Of a DNA stretch of 64,000 nucleotides, positions 27,651-40,000 are shown piece by piece. A program made the position numbers and the translations under genes. The notes below the pieces were generated by a model. It was not told the origin of the DNA. It ran no database searches and saw only the letters and a program-made list of their open reading frames with translations. The stretch's first letter is position 1. Every line of letters begins with the position of its first letter. Source of the DNA: Ruditapes philippinarum (Eukaryota); assembly GCF_026571515.1 (NCBI RefSeq), contig NW_026864618.1, forward strand, positions 62,001 to 126,000, written 5' to 3'.

Positions 27651-27812
27651 ATGGAATTACAAAAAGAATATGTTCTATTGTTGTGCGTTTTACTGCATAT
27701 ATTTTACAGTTTGTCTCTATTTATTGTGGACTGAAAACATCATCTCGTTATTCTTAAACAAGTATATGCAAGTATGATAATCATTATTTATTAAACGATC
27801 GTCCATGAAAAA
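27651..27812 (+). pseudogene. First-exon relic F (highly diverged)
   Basis: Starts gaaATGGAATTACAAAAAG as in A/D (MELQKEYVLLLCVLLHIFYSLSLFIVD then stop); a ccatgaaaaagtaag remnant lies about one exon length downstream; homologous promoter module upstream (TGACGTC 27325, TATATAA 27393). Confidence 0.6.
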
Positions 27813-27831
27813 GTAAGACTCTTCTATCTGT

Positions 27832-28165
27832 TTAAAGGTCCATTATGCCTCATGTCCCTATGCTTTTTTTTATTTCTCAAAAACTTTTTAGTTTTTGTGT
27901 ACTTTTATAGTATCAAACAGTTATTCATTGGCCAATTACCGGAACTTTCTTTTTCACCTGTTGCATTTTGGCAAATAAGTATAGTTATAGTGAATTAGTA
28001 TTTTGCATGGAAGTCAAAATACTACTTTGTTTACATTGTGCTACTTTCATGACAAATTATTTCTCATTTATCGTCACTTTTTTCAGGTAACAAGCATTTA
28101 ACATTTCTCTTAAACCATCATTTAAACATTATAAAATTCATGTTTGCCTTTTCTAAAGAATTAAA
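27832..28165 (-). mobile_element. Dispersed MITE-like repeat family, copy next to relic F
   Basis: Reverse complement of 57260-57600; starts ttaaagg; absent from the H duplicate. Related copies at about 25030-25335 (+), 44617-44905 (-) and 57260-57600 (+). Confidence 0.7.
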
Positions 28166-29766
28166 AGGTTATTTGTTTCTGAGACATATTGTGTTTTAAG
28201 TAAAATAATTAAAATTCAATCAGAATATAAAGTTCATCAATTACCTTATGAAGGAGTATGGAAAACGCCTTAAAAGTAAATATAGCACTTATCTGTTGCT
28301 TATATCTGCTTGTAAAATGCAATACAAGTACTACACTCCTACACAAATGTTTAAAAAGAAAGGATGAGAACTTTATAAAGAAAGTAATTTAATATGTATT
28401 AATTTATCAAAAGTGAAAAGGTGAATACACCTTAATATATCACACATGTTCAAGTTAAACATTGATACCTTTCCAATACAGCACGTGTTTGCGACTTGAT
28501 TTATTACTAGCATTAGATTAGATTGAATCTTAAATATTATAAACATCTGTAATGATTTTCGTTATTATATATCTGATAACATTAAAAACTCAGGAGAGGA
28601 GATTAAATAATTAATGCAATTGATACTGAAAATGAAATATGTGCTTGGTTGAATTCTATTAGTACGAAGTACGAACAATTGCGTACAAACAATATTTTAT
28701 TTAATCATAGAAACGAACACCAACATCGATCCAAACAGTTCTGTCATTACAAAGGTAGATAAACGGATCAACATTAATTATCTTATCGCTTTCTTGTTCG
28801 TGTTAATACGGAATAGCAGTAATAATTTAAAATGAAAACAAGAAAAATAGACATCGTCAATTTAATTATTTTATTGAAATATAAACATAATGGCAGTGAT
28901 GAACATTTGATTAATTTGAGATAAATTAACCGACTGTAAATGTATTTAATCATTCTAAATACCAAGAATCAGAATATGATTTGATTAATAAAAGATGGAT
29001 GTAACATTTGTGATTAAAACGGATGTAATAGGGTCTGCATCAAAAAGTCTCACAAACAAAAACATAGGAATAAAATAGCAACAGCTGAAAAAGCATGTTT
29101 GTTTGAAAACAAACCAGCAGAAAAGCACTGATCTACCTTGCATCGTATTTTCCAGCATTATATCTAGAAAATGTTTGTTATTGTTGTTATAAATGCAATG
29201 TGTACGAGCATTTATTAACGAAGTGATATATTCAGTAATATTAAATGACTTGAAAATAACACATAATTATTTTGTTCTGCAATATCCACCTTCCTTTTGA
29301 CAATAAAACAATTATAATATCTTTCTTAAACGTAGGTCACTAAGTAGTTCTAAACAAAAATAGTGATATCTTTTCAGGCCGATATTTTCGTCAACATATA
29401 ACTGCACTAAAGTGATTAGGCATGCTTCTCCCAATTATTTAGGATTTGAAAGTATTTGCGGTGCAAAAGTTCACGTTTATGATCTCTATAGTGTTACAAC
29501 AATATGCAACTAAGAATAGCAGACGAGAATTAAACAAGAAATCTTTAATGCAATAGCCTGCCTCTTCCAAAAACATCTTGTTTTACAAAATTGACATTCT
29601 GGTTAAGGACTTTTTCAAAGATTAGTTCCATCAGCCTGTTCTAATTTTTTATCTTTAAATCGAAACTCTTAGGCTTAACGATAAACTACTTAATTTTGTC
29701 TTCTTGATATTATGATACAAGCTAAAGAAATTTAAATTAAATATTTGAATTTAAAAATGCGACTTT

Positions 29767-30366
29767 AACCTTTTATTTAACTATTTTACCTTTTGTAACC
29801 ATAACTGTTAGAATTTGACTTGGCGGGGATTCATTTTATTTACACTGTCTCGTTTATAGGAACATGGTGGGGCTAAGAGCGAGGTTTGGTGCACCATTAC
29901 CGGTTTAAACTCCCCAGCAGTCATTATTATGCTGCTGACCGTTCCAAGGCGGCGCCCCTCTGTGTTCCTCAGATGTATGTCTATGTTGTTTCATACTGTT
30001 TTGGTGACACTTTTGCTTGTGTCCCTTGTTGTTTTCTCGTCTACGGTAAGTATCTTCCCCCTTTATCCCTGGTTTTTATTTGTTTGATTACCCCCCCCCC
30101 CTTCCCCCGGTCTCCTGTCCCCTTACCCTGTGCCCTTTGACTTTGTGGGCCTATTAGCCAATCATTTATTTATTTTCTTTGAATTCCTAATCAGTTACTT
30201 ATTATTTATCATTTAGTGATAAACCTGTCTGTGCTCTGTCTTGTGCCCTGTCCTGTTTTTGTTTGGGGTCCGCCTGGGCTCCTTGCCACTGGTTCATGTT
30301 TCTGGGTCGTATGGGGGTTGCGTTCATTGAACGCCGCCTTTCCTTGTTGATCTTGTGTATCATATT
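29767..30366. mobile_element. ~600 bp GC-richer interspersed-repeat insertion
   Basis: Present in the F+G block but absent at the paralogous site (about 36085); contains ccggtttaaactcccc...ctgaccgttccaaggcgg, a motif I associate with an abundant molluscan interspersed repeat; family not assigned. Confidence 0.65.
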
Positions 30367-31187
30367 TTTTACTTAAACAACGACGATTAAAAAATAGCTG
30401 TATGGCTTCAGTTAAAAGGTACAACGAGGAAACATCTTCGCAGTCTTACAATTATCAATGAGACACAATATCAAATATTTTTTAAACCATGGGCGTCACT
30501 ATCATAATGCTTAAGACATTCTCCGCATAATGCTTTAACAACGGAATGGAATAACATAACTAACAAATCAAAATTCAAACTATAAGTACTTTCCTTTCTT
30601 TTAATCATACATATGAAAGTACATTTTAGTGATGAATGAATTGTTACATAATCTTCAATACTATCATTTTAACTTCATTTTTGTACCAAATACACCGGGT
30701 AACCTTGAATGGTCTTGTTTAAAAGTAACTTCAATATGATTGACATGTTGTTCATAAATAAGATATCAATTTTATATTTACTTGTTTTTGTGTTTGGTAT
30801 TTTGTTCCAAACACTTGACCCCAAATGTCGTCTGATTTTATCATCTAAGGCAATATTTCGATAAATAAATTGTTGCCTTAGCATGACGTCGTAGCAACTT
30901 TGGTATACCATTACTACAACATACTCGTTCACCATTTGTATAAAGCATTGTCTTATTTGATCATTACTACATAAAACACTGCAAAACATGCTTTGATACT
31001 TCAGATTACTTTACAGTGTTATATTTTTTTGTATTGTAAGGAATGTGATAAGCAACAGTGTTAGTTCACTTGTTGGGTCAATAAGGTTAAAATTCGGATA
31101 ACTAGCTTACATAAATGCTTAATGGAAATGAAGAAGCGTTTCGTATTTTTGTTTCAAATTCAAGTTCATTTACTTAATTGACCAGTA

Positions 31188-31354
31188 ATAGAATAACAAA
31201 AAAGAATACATATCATTTTGCATTTGATAGCAATAACTTTTTCTAAACTGTGATTCCAAAAACTGATATGTTGGATTTAATGAGGATGCACCTAAATTTG
31301 AAACTTATATGCAAAAGCTATCAAATGATGAATATATAAATCCATGCAAAGCAT
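31188..31354 (+). pseudogene. First-exon relic G (full length, inactivated)
   Basis: ATG changed to ATA, in-frame stops, a +1 frameshift and no GT donor; 3' part still reads VGFNEDAPKFETYMQKLSNDEYINPCKA. Confidence 0.85.
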
Positions 31355-34300
31355 ATTAGATGATTTCAATTTTAGTCCCTGCTCTGTTTGGACTTAAATC
31401 CATGTTCTCTTCCATTTATTAGACTTTATGATAGGTATTGTATGACTCAGAAACTAGACTCTTTTTAATTAAAGTGAAATAGACAAAATTCAGTCAAAAA
31501 TGAAAATATTCTCTCTTTATAATCACTTTACGATTGAAGCTGTTTAAAATGTAGTACTTAATACTCAAAAAGGAGATTAAATGATTAAGGTAATTATAAG
31601 TCCTGGAAAGGAAATATCTGCTTAGCACTAATTTAAGGACACGTAACTTGAATTATATATAACGAAATAACGTGCACTTAGATAATCTTATTTAATCAAA
31701 AAACACAAACATCGATCAAAATTATTAACGGCTCTGTCATTACAAAGACTCAAAAACAGTACAAATTAATTTCCTCTATTTCTTGTTCGTGCTAGAAGTG
31801 AATAGCAACGGTATTTATTAAAAGTAAAAAACAAAATGAAAGAAATATCGGCAAAGTAATGTTTAACTGAAATATAAAGATAACCGAAATGATGAATATT
31901 TGATAAATTTGAGATACATTATCTGATTGAACATGCAATAAAACGTTTAAAAGTGCTTAGAATCAGACTAACATTTGCACTAAACGGGTCATTGATACTC
32001 AACTAGTCATCTATGGCATTTGATTAGAAAATGATAACCGAAGAATTTATGCCAAAACAGCATGTTACATGGTCTGTATCATAAAGTATAACAAACAAAA
32101 CCACAGGAATAAAATAACTTTATAACACCAGCAGAATAGGGTTGGCCCACCTTGGTTTTTGTGATCACAGAGTAATTAAGAACGTATTGAAAACGCTAAT
32201 AATCAATTATACAATGGTTATTTGCACTCAAAACATGTTTTCAAATATATGTTATCACAATATTATATAATAAAATATACTTCTATTCCTTTTTGATGAG
32301 TGATAATGATGATTAGGTAATGATTTATGAAACTATTGTAATGATACATTTTCCTGAATTGCCTATTTACTGTATATACAAAAAAAATGTTAGGCTTTTA
32401 TGATCTATTCAAGAAACATTTTTTTCGCTGTTTTGCTTGAGGGTGTAGTTGAATTGGAGGATAATGTTGAAAATACGGAATTGCTTGTAAATGTCGTCAT
32501 CGTTTAATCAGGTCAATTGACAACTATTCGCATTTGACTAATTAAGGTTAGGTTTTTGGCGTTCTTAAGGGATTCCGTGGTTCTTCTCTATTCTATTAGA
32601 TTTAATAACGATTATTATTTTAAGAACAATTGTCTCACAGTTGTGCTTCAAAACGAAATATCCGTTTCAGTCTATTCGAGGTCTTCTGATTGCAGTATTT
32701 GACATTCTTCTGCATGTTTCAGCGTTTCATGTCGATTTCCTTTGATCTCTACCCGCTGGTACAACGATATGCAATTTAGAATAACAGACCAGAAATAAAC
32801 CAGATTTCCACAAAGATTTCTGTTACTGGCATCAACAGACATGTACCTGGCAATTTCAATAAGTGTATTACAGTTATGAGTATCTGGTGTAAATGTCTGT
32901 TGTCAGAACACTTTTCTTCCCCTTTTCCAATCTATTGTTGTTGTTTTTATATTAATGAGCTTATAGTCAGAGTTTTAAGGTTACATAATTTCGCCTTATC
33001 GAAAAGAACCTACATGATGGCAACAAAACTGAATTAAAATAACCAAGTATCTTAGTTTAAAAAACAAATCGTGTCTTATTGTTGTTGTGGCTGTTGTTAT
33101 TGTTCAAAGAAAGTAAATGACACACTGATTTTCTCTATAGCAAACAATAGTAAAATAAAACAATGCCACATTTTAGATTATAAATTGATTTTATATCTTT
33201 ATAATATTGCATGTGTTTGTCTTTATGGTTTATTATAATGTTATTTGATCTCATTCCTTTCTTTTTTAATGTAAAATGTTGCATTAGTTTTTTGGGGTTT
33301 GCTTTTTTAATTTTATATTTGTCATCATACAAAAACAAACAAACAAAAATCAATGAACATCTGTATGTTTGAAATAGATAATGTTTTAAAGCTTCTCATA
33401 TTTCAGCAAAAAAATGAAAAAATAACAGATCAAAGCTTATAAAAAATCAGCACATTTTTATGATAGTTTTTACACGCATGTGTTTAATGATTGCAAGATT
33501 GTGTTTACAGTTATCCCGATCATCTTTTAATATAGGCTTACCTTAGTTTGAGTTTAGATAAACGTCTTATATATATATTTGAACAGTATTCTTACTTCAG
33601 ATTCTGGTCAGATTGTAAGGCTATTCGGATTGTCATTTCTATATATTTATGTGAATCATAAACGTTTGGAATGTCTGGGGTAATGTTAAAGGCTCTTTTG
33701 AAACAATAAAATAGTGTTTTGAGAGTAAAAAAAGGATTGCCGTTGGTGTACATTGACTAATTTCTAAAAGATGCTCATGTGTCTATACCAGCACTATAGT
33801 TTGCTTATTTGCTTCAAAATGACAGAGATGAAGCCAACTGTTACTGGTTATATTTTATTCACTCTATATATCGATGATTCACTCATAACGGCTTTTAAGA
33901 GGCTGGTATTAGTTTATAACTTTTTAATAGAGGAATAAATGTGTATCGAATGTGACAAAGCAACATATTTACCAAGTAGTAATTAACCAATTGATTATTG
34001 TTGCTTGCACGTGACGTCTCGGCCACTTCATAGTAAAACTGTTTTAATATACTCGTACACCTTGTGGTAAATTAGTGTCTTTTGATAATTGTTATATAGC
34101 AATACTTACTTTATTCATTTGTTTAATCGTTTGATTTTACTTCACTACCTGCTCTGGAATGCTTGTGTTTAGATAAAATGTAAATTCATAAGCACTGTTT
34201 GTAATAAAAATAACTTGGAGAGTCTTTTGTTTTAGAATGTGGATAAATAGTTACTAGTAATATAAATACCACAAGAAAATAAGAATTTGTTTCTTATGAG

Positions 34301-34374
34301 ATATTGAGAGTTATTTGTTTTAAATTGAGGTAAACATTCTTTGTGTTTATTGATAAATTAACAATTAACTAGAA

Positions 34375-34530
34375 ATGGAATTACGAAAAGAACATTTTCT
34401 ATTGTTTTGCGTTTTGTTGCATCTATTTTATTGTTGGCCTCTATTTTATGTAGACTTAGAGTTACATCTTTTCTTAAGTCTTAAACAATAATTCTGTATG
34501 ATAATCATTGTTTACCCAACGGTCGTCTTT
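34375..34530 (+). pseudogene. First-exon relic H (duplicate of F)
   Basis: ATG 34375: MELRKEHFLLFCVLLHLFYCWPLFYVDLELHLFLSLKQ then stop at 34489-34491; upstream flank nearly identical to that of F; no DPCKA or donor. Confidence 0.6.
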
Positions 34531-36894
34531 GAAATAGTTTGACTCTATTTTTTGCTTCAGTGAAATGAATTAAATATAATCAGATCTAAAGTTCAACATT
34601 TCCCTCCTGAAGAGGAATGGAAAACGCCTAAAAAGTAAATATAGCACTTATCATATGCTTATAACTGCTAATAAAATGCAATACAAGTACTACAATCCTA
34701 CACAAATGTTTAAAAAGAAAGGATGAAAGTTTTATAAAGAAAGTAATATAATTCGTATTAATTTATCAAAAGTGAAAAGGTGAATACACTTTAATATATC
34801 ACACGTGTTCAAGTTAAACATTGATACCTTTCCAATAAAAGCACGTGTTTGCGACTTGATGTATTACTAGCATAAAATTAGATTGCATCTTTACATATTC
34901 TAAACATCTGTTTATGATTTTTGATTTTTCTATCAAATAACATTAAATACCCAGGAGAGGAGATTAAATAATTAAAGCAATTGATTCTGAAAATGAAATA
35001 TGTGCTTGGTTGAATTCTATTAGTACGAAGTACGAAACAATTGTGTACAAACAGTTTTTATTTTATCATAGAAACGAACACCAACATCGATCCAAACAGT
35101 TCTGTCATAACAAAGGTAGAAAAACGGAACAGCAGTAATCATCTTATCGCTTTCTTGTTCGTGTTTATACGGAATAGCTGTAATAATTAAAAATGAAAAC
35201 AAGAAAAAAGAGTTATCGGCAATATAATAATTTTATTGAAATATAAACATAATGGCAGTGATGAATATTTGATTAATTTGAGATAAGTTAACCGACTGTA
35301 AATGTATTTAATCATTCTAAATACCAAGAATCAGAATATGATTTGATTAGTAAAAGATGAATGTAACATTTGTGATTAAAACGGATGTACAAACAAAAAC
35401 ATAGGAATAAAATAGCAATAGCTGAAAAGCGTGTTTGTTTGAAAACAAACCAGCAGAAAAGCACTGATCTACCTTGCGCGTGATGAAAAGTAATTAAGAA
35501 CACACTCAGTAATCGTATTTTCCAGCATTATATCTTGAAAAAATGTGTTATGGTTGTTATTAATGCAATGTTTACGTGCATTTATTAACGAAGTGATATA
35601 TTCAGTAATATTAAATAACTTGAAAATAACACATAATTATCTTGTTTGTCAATATTCATCTTCCTTTTGACAATTAAACAATTACAATATCTTTAATAAA
35701 CGTAGGTCACTTAGAAGTTATAAACAAAAATAGTGATATCTTTTTTGGCCGATATTTTCATAAACTTATAATTGAATTAAAGTGATGAGGCATGCTTCTC
35801 TCAATTTTTTAGGATTATACGCCAGCGTTACAACAATATGCAACTCAAAATAACAGACGAGAATTGACCAAGAAATCTTTAATAGCCAGCCTCTTCTAAA
35901 AGCATCTTGTTTTACAAATTTGACATTCTGGTTAAGGACTTTTTCAAAGATGATAAGTTCCATCTGCCTGTTCTAATTTTTTATCTTTAGGCTAAACGAC
36001 AAGCTTCTTAATTTTGTCTTCTTGATATTATAAAACAAGCTAAAGAAATTGAAATTAAATATTTGAATCTTAACATGCCGATTTTACTTAAACAACAATT
36101 AAAAAATAGTTGTATGGCTTCAGTTTAAAGGTTCAACGAGGAAACATCTTTGACAGTCATACAATTATCAATGAGAAACAATATGAAATATTTTTTTAAA
36201 CCATGGGTGTCACTATCATAATGCTTAAGACATTCTCCGCATAATGCTTTAACAACGGAATGGAATAACATAACTAACAAATCATAATTCAAACTATAAG
36301 TACTTTCTGTTAACCATTCATATAAAAGTACATTTTAGTGATGAATGAATTGTTAAATAATCTTCAATACTATCATTTTAACTTCATTTTTGTACCAAAT
36401 ACACTAGGTAATCTGGAATGATCTTGTTTAAAAAATAACTACAATATGATGTACATGTTGTTCATAAATAAGATATAAATTCTATATTTTACTTGTTCTT
36501 GTGTTTGGTATTTTATTCCAAACATTTGACACCAAATGACTTCTGATTTTATCATCTACGGCAATATTTCGATTATTGAATTGTTGCATTTGCATGACGT
36601 CGTAGCAACTTTGGTCTACCATTACTACAATATACTCGTTCACCATTTGTATAAAGCATTGTTTTTGATCATTACTACATAAAACACTGCAAAACATGCT
36701 TTGATACTTCAAATTACTTTACAGTGTTAAAATGTTTGTATTGTAAAGAATGTGATAAGCAACATAGTTATTAAACTTGTTGGGTGCATTAGGTTAAAAT
36801 GCGGATAACTAGTTTACATAAATGCTAAATGGAAATAAAGAAGCGTTTCGTATTTTTGTTTCAAATTTAAGTTCATTTACTTAACTGACCAGTA

Positions 36895-37061
36895 ATACAA
36901 TAACAAAAAGGAATAAATATCATTTTGCATTTGATTGCAATAACTTTTTATAAACTGTGATTCCAAAAACTGATATATTGGATTTAATGTAGATGCACCT
37001 AAATATGGAACTTATATGCAAAAAAACTCAAGTGAAGAATATATAAATCCATGCAAAGCAT
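36895..37061 (+). pseudogene. First-exon relic I (duplicate of G, inactivated)
   Basis: Shares the ATG-to-ATA change, stops and frameshift of G; 3' part reads IGFNVDAPKYGTYMQKNSSEEYINPCKA; donor lost (gcattctag). Confidence 0.85.
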
Positions 37062-40000
37062 TCTAGATGATTTCATTTTAGTCCCTGCTCTATTTGGACT
37101 TAAATCCATGTTCACTTTTAAAATACTTTATATTAGGTATTGTTTTATAACGATTATAACTGAAAAACTTGACTATTTTTAATTCAATTGAAAAAGATAA
37201 AATTCAGTCAAAAATGATAATCACTTGACGTTTGAAGTAATTTTTAAAAAGCAATACAAATGTTACTATTCTAAACCGATGTTTAAAATGAAAGAAGTAG
37301 TAGGGTCTATAACCCATATCAATTTATCAATTTAAATGAATAGGTCAGAGCACCTTAATCTATCACACAACAATGATATATTTCAAGTATTGCACGTGTT
37401 TATTAGTTTTTTCATTACTGATATTAAATTAGATTCCATCTTTACGTGTTCGTTCTTAAAGCAAACGATGAATTCCGATATAATTTATCAAATAAATCTT
37501 AATACACAAAAAGGAGATTAAATAATTAAAGTAATTATAAGTCCTCGAAAGGAAATATCTGCTTAGCACTAATTTAAGGACACGTTTAACTTGAATTACA
37601 TTTAACGAAAGAACGTGCACTTAGATAATCTTATTTAATCAAAAAACACCAACATCGATCAAAATTATCACCAGCTCTGTCATTACAAAGACTGAAAAAC
37701 AGTACAAATTAATTTCCTCTATTTCTTGTTCGTGCTAAAATTGAATATCAACGGTATTTATTTAAAGCAAAGAATAAAATGAAAGAAGTATCGGCAAAGT
37801 AATGTTTTATTGAAATATAAAGATAACCGCAATGATGAATATTTGATATATTTGAGATACATTATCTGATTGAACATGCAATAAAACGTTTAAAAGTGCT
37901 TAGAATCAGACTAACATTTGCACTAAACGGGTCATTGATACTCAACTAGTCATCTAAGGCATTTGATTAGAAAATGATAAGCAAAGTATTTATGCCAAAA
38001 CAGCATGTTACATGGTCTGCATCATAAAGTATAACAAACAAAAACATACGAATAAAATAACTAGAGCTAAAGAGAGCAAAGTTGTTTGAACACCAGCAGA
38101 ATAGCACAGGTCCACCTGGTTTTTGTGATCAAAGAGTAAGAACATATTTAAAACGCTTATTATCAATTATACAATGGTTATTTATACTCAAAACATGTTT
38201 TCAAATACAATCATGTAATCACAATATTATGATAATAACATATACTTCTATTCCTTTTTGATGAGTGATAATGATGATTAGGTAATGATTTATGAAACTA
38301 TTGTAATAATACATTTTCCTGAATTGCCTATTTATTGTATATACAAAAATATTAAGTTTTTATGATTTATTCAGAAACTTTTTTTTCGCTGTTGTGCTTG
38401 AGGGTGTAGTTGAATTGGAGAATAATGTTGAAAATAGTGAATTGTTTGTAAATGTCGTCATCGTTTAATCAGGTCAATTGACAACTATTCGCATTTGCCT
38501 CATTCAGGTTAGGTTTTGGGCGTTATTTAGAGATTCAGTTTTTCTCTATTCTAAGTAAAAGATTTAACGATCTTTATTTTAAGAAAAAATGTCTCACAGT
38601 TGTGCTTCAGTACGAAATATCCGTTTCACTCTATTCGAGGTCTTATAACTGCAATATTTGAAATTCTTCTGCATGTTTCAGCGTTTACGGGGAAACAAGT
38701 TCATGTCGATTTCCTTTGATCTCTACCCGCTGGTACAACGATATGCAATTTAGAATAACAGACCAGAAATAAACCAGATTTCCACAAAGATTTCTTTTAG
38801 TAGCATCAACAGACTTTACCTGGCAATTTCAATAAGTGTATTACAGTTATGAGTATCTGGTGTAAATGTCTGTTGTCAGAACACTTTTCTTCCCCTTTTC
38901 CAAACTATTGTTGTTGTTTTTCTATCAATGTGCTTATAGCCAATAGTTTAAAGGTTACATAATTTCTCCTTATCAAAAAGAACATACAAGATGGCAACAA
39001 AACTGAATTGAAATAACAGGGTAGCTTAGTTTACAAAACAAATCATGTCTTATTGTTGTTGTGGTTGTTGTTATTGTTCAAAGAAAGTAAATGACACACT
39101 GATTTACTCCATAGCAAACAATACTAAAAGTTAACTATTTTAGAATAAAAATTTATTTTATATCTTTATAATATTGCATGTGTTTGTCTTTTTGTTTTTT
39201 TTAATTATATTTAGTATCGTTCCTTTCCTTTTTTAATGTATTAGTTGCATTATTTTTTTGGGGTTTGCTTTTTAATGTTAATGTTTGTTTTCATACAACA
39301 AACAAACAAACAAAAGCACTGAACATCTGTATGTTTAAAATAGATAATGTTTTATTTTATCTAAGCTTCTCATATTACATCAAAGCTTATAAAAAGTCAC
39401 CACAGTATTTAGATAGTTTAAGCATGTGTTTTATGTTGGCAAGATTGTGTTAACTTTACAGTTAACTTTACAATTATCCGCTAATTTTATAATATAGACA
39501 TACCATGGTTTGAGTTTGGATAAACGTCTTATATATTTGACCAGTATTCTTATTCCAGACGCAAAATTGGGATTCTGGTCAGACTGCAAGGCTATTCCGA
39601 TTGTCATTTCTATATATGTATGTCAATCATAAACGTTCAGAAAGTATTGGGTAATAGCAAAGGCTCCTTTGAAACAATAGAATAGTATTTGAGAGTAAAA
39701 AAGGCATGCTGTTGGTGTAAATTGACTAATTTCTAAAAGATGCTCATGTGTCAATGGCAGCACTGAACATTGCTTTTTGAAATATTTACAAGAAATATGT
39801 TTGTTTTAAAATAACATTTTATTTTGGTTAAATTTTAATTGACTAATATATCAATGATTGATTCAGGGCGGGTTTGAAGAAGTTAATATTAGTTACTAAC
39901 TCTTAATAGAGGAGTAAATGTGTATCGAATGTGACCAAGTAGCATACTGCAAAGAGCGTATATTGAATTGAACATTAAACGTACAAATAATAATATGGTA

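Larger units (their letters stand above)
27300..39945 (+). repeat. Head-to-tail ~6 kb segmental duplication (F+G block about 27300-33970; H+I block about 33975-39945)
   Basis: Colinear high identity, e.g. atttatcaaaagtgaaaaggtgaatacac (28402/34761) and catgtcgatttcctttgatctctacccgctggtacaacgatatgc (32728/38702); both blocks end at aaatgtgtatcgaatgtgac. Confidence 0.95.

Noticed and set aside
30675-30989. Similar minus-strand ORFs at 30675-30989 and 36482-36712
   Set aside because: Similarity comes from the 6 kb duplication; frames differ in extent and there is no recognisable domain.
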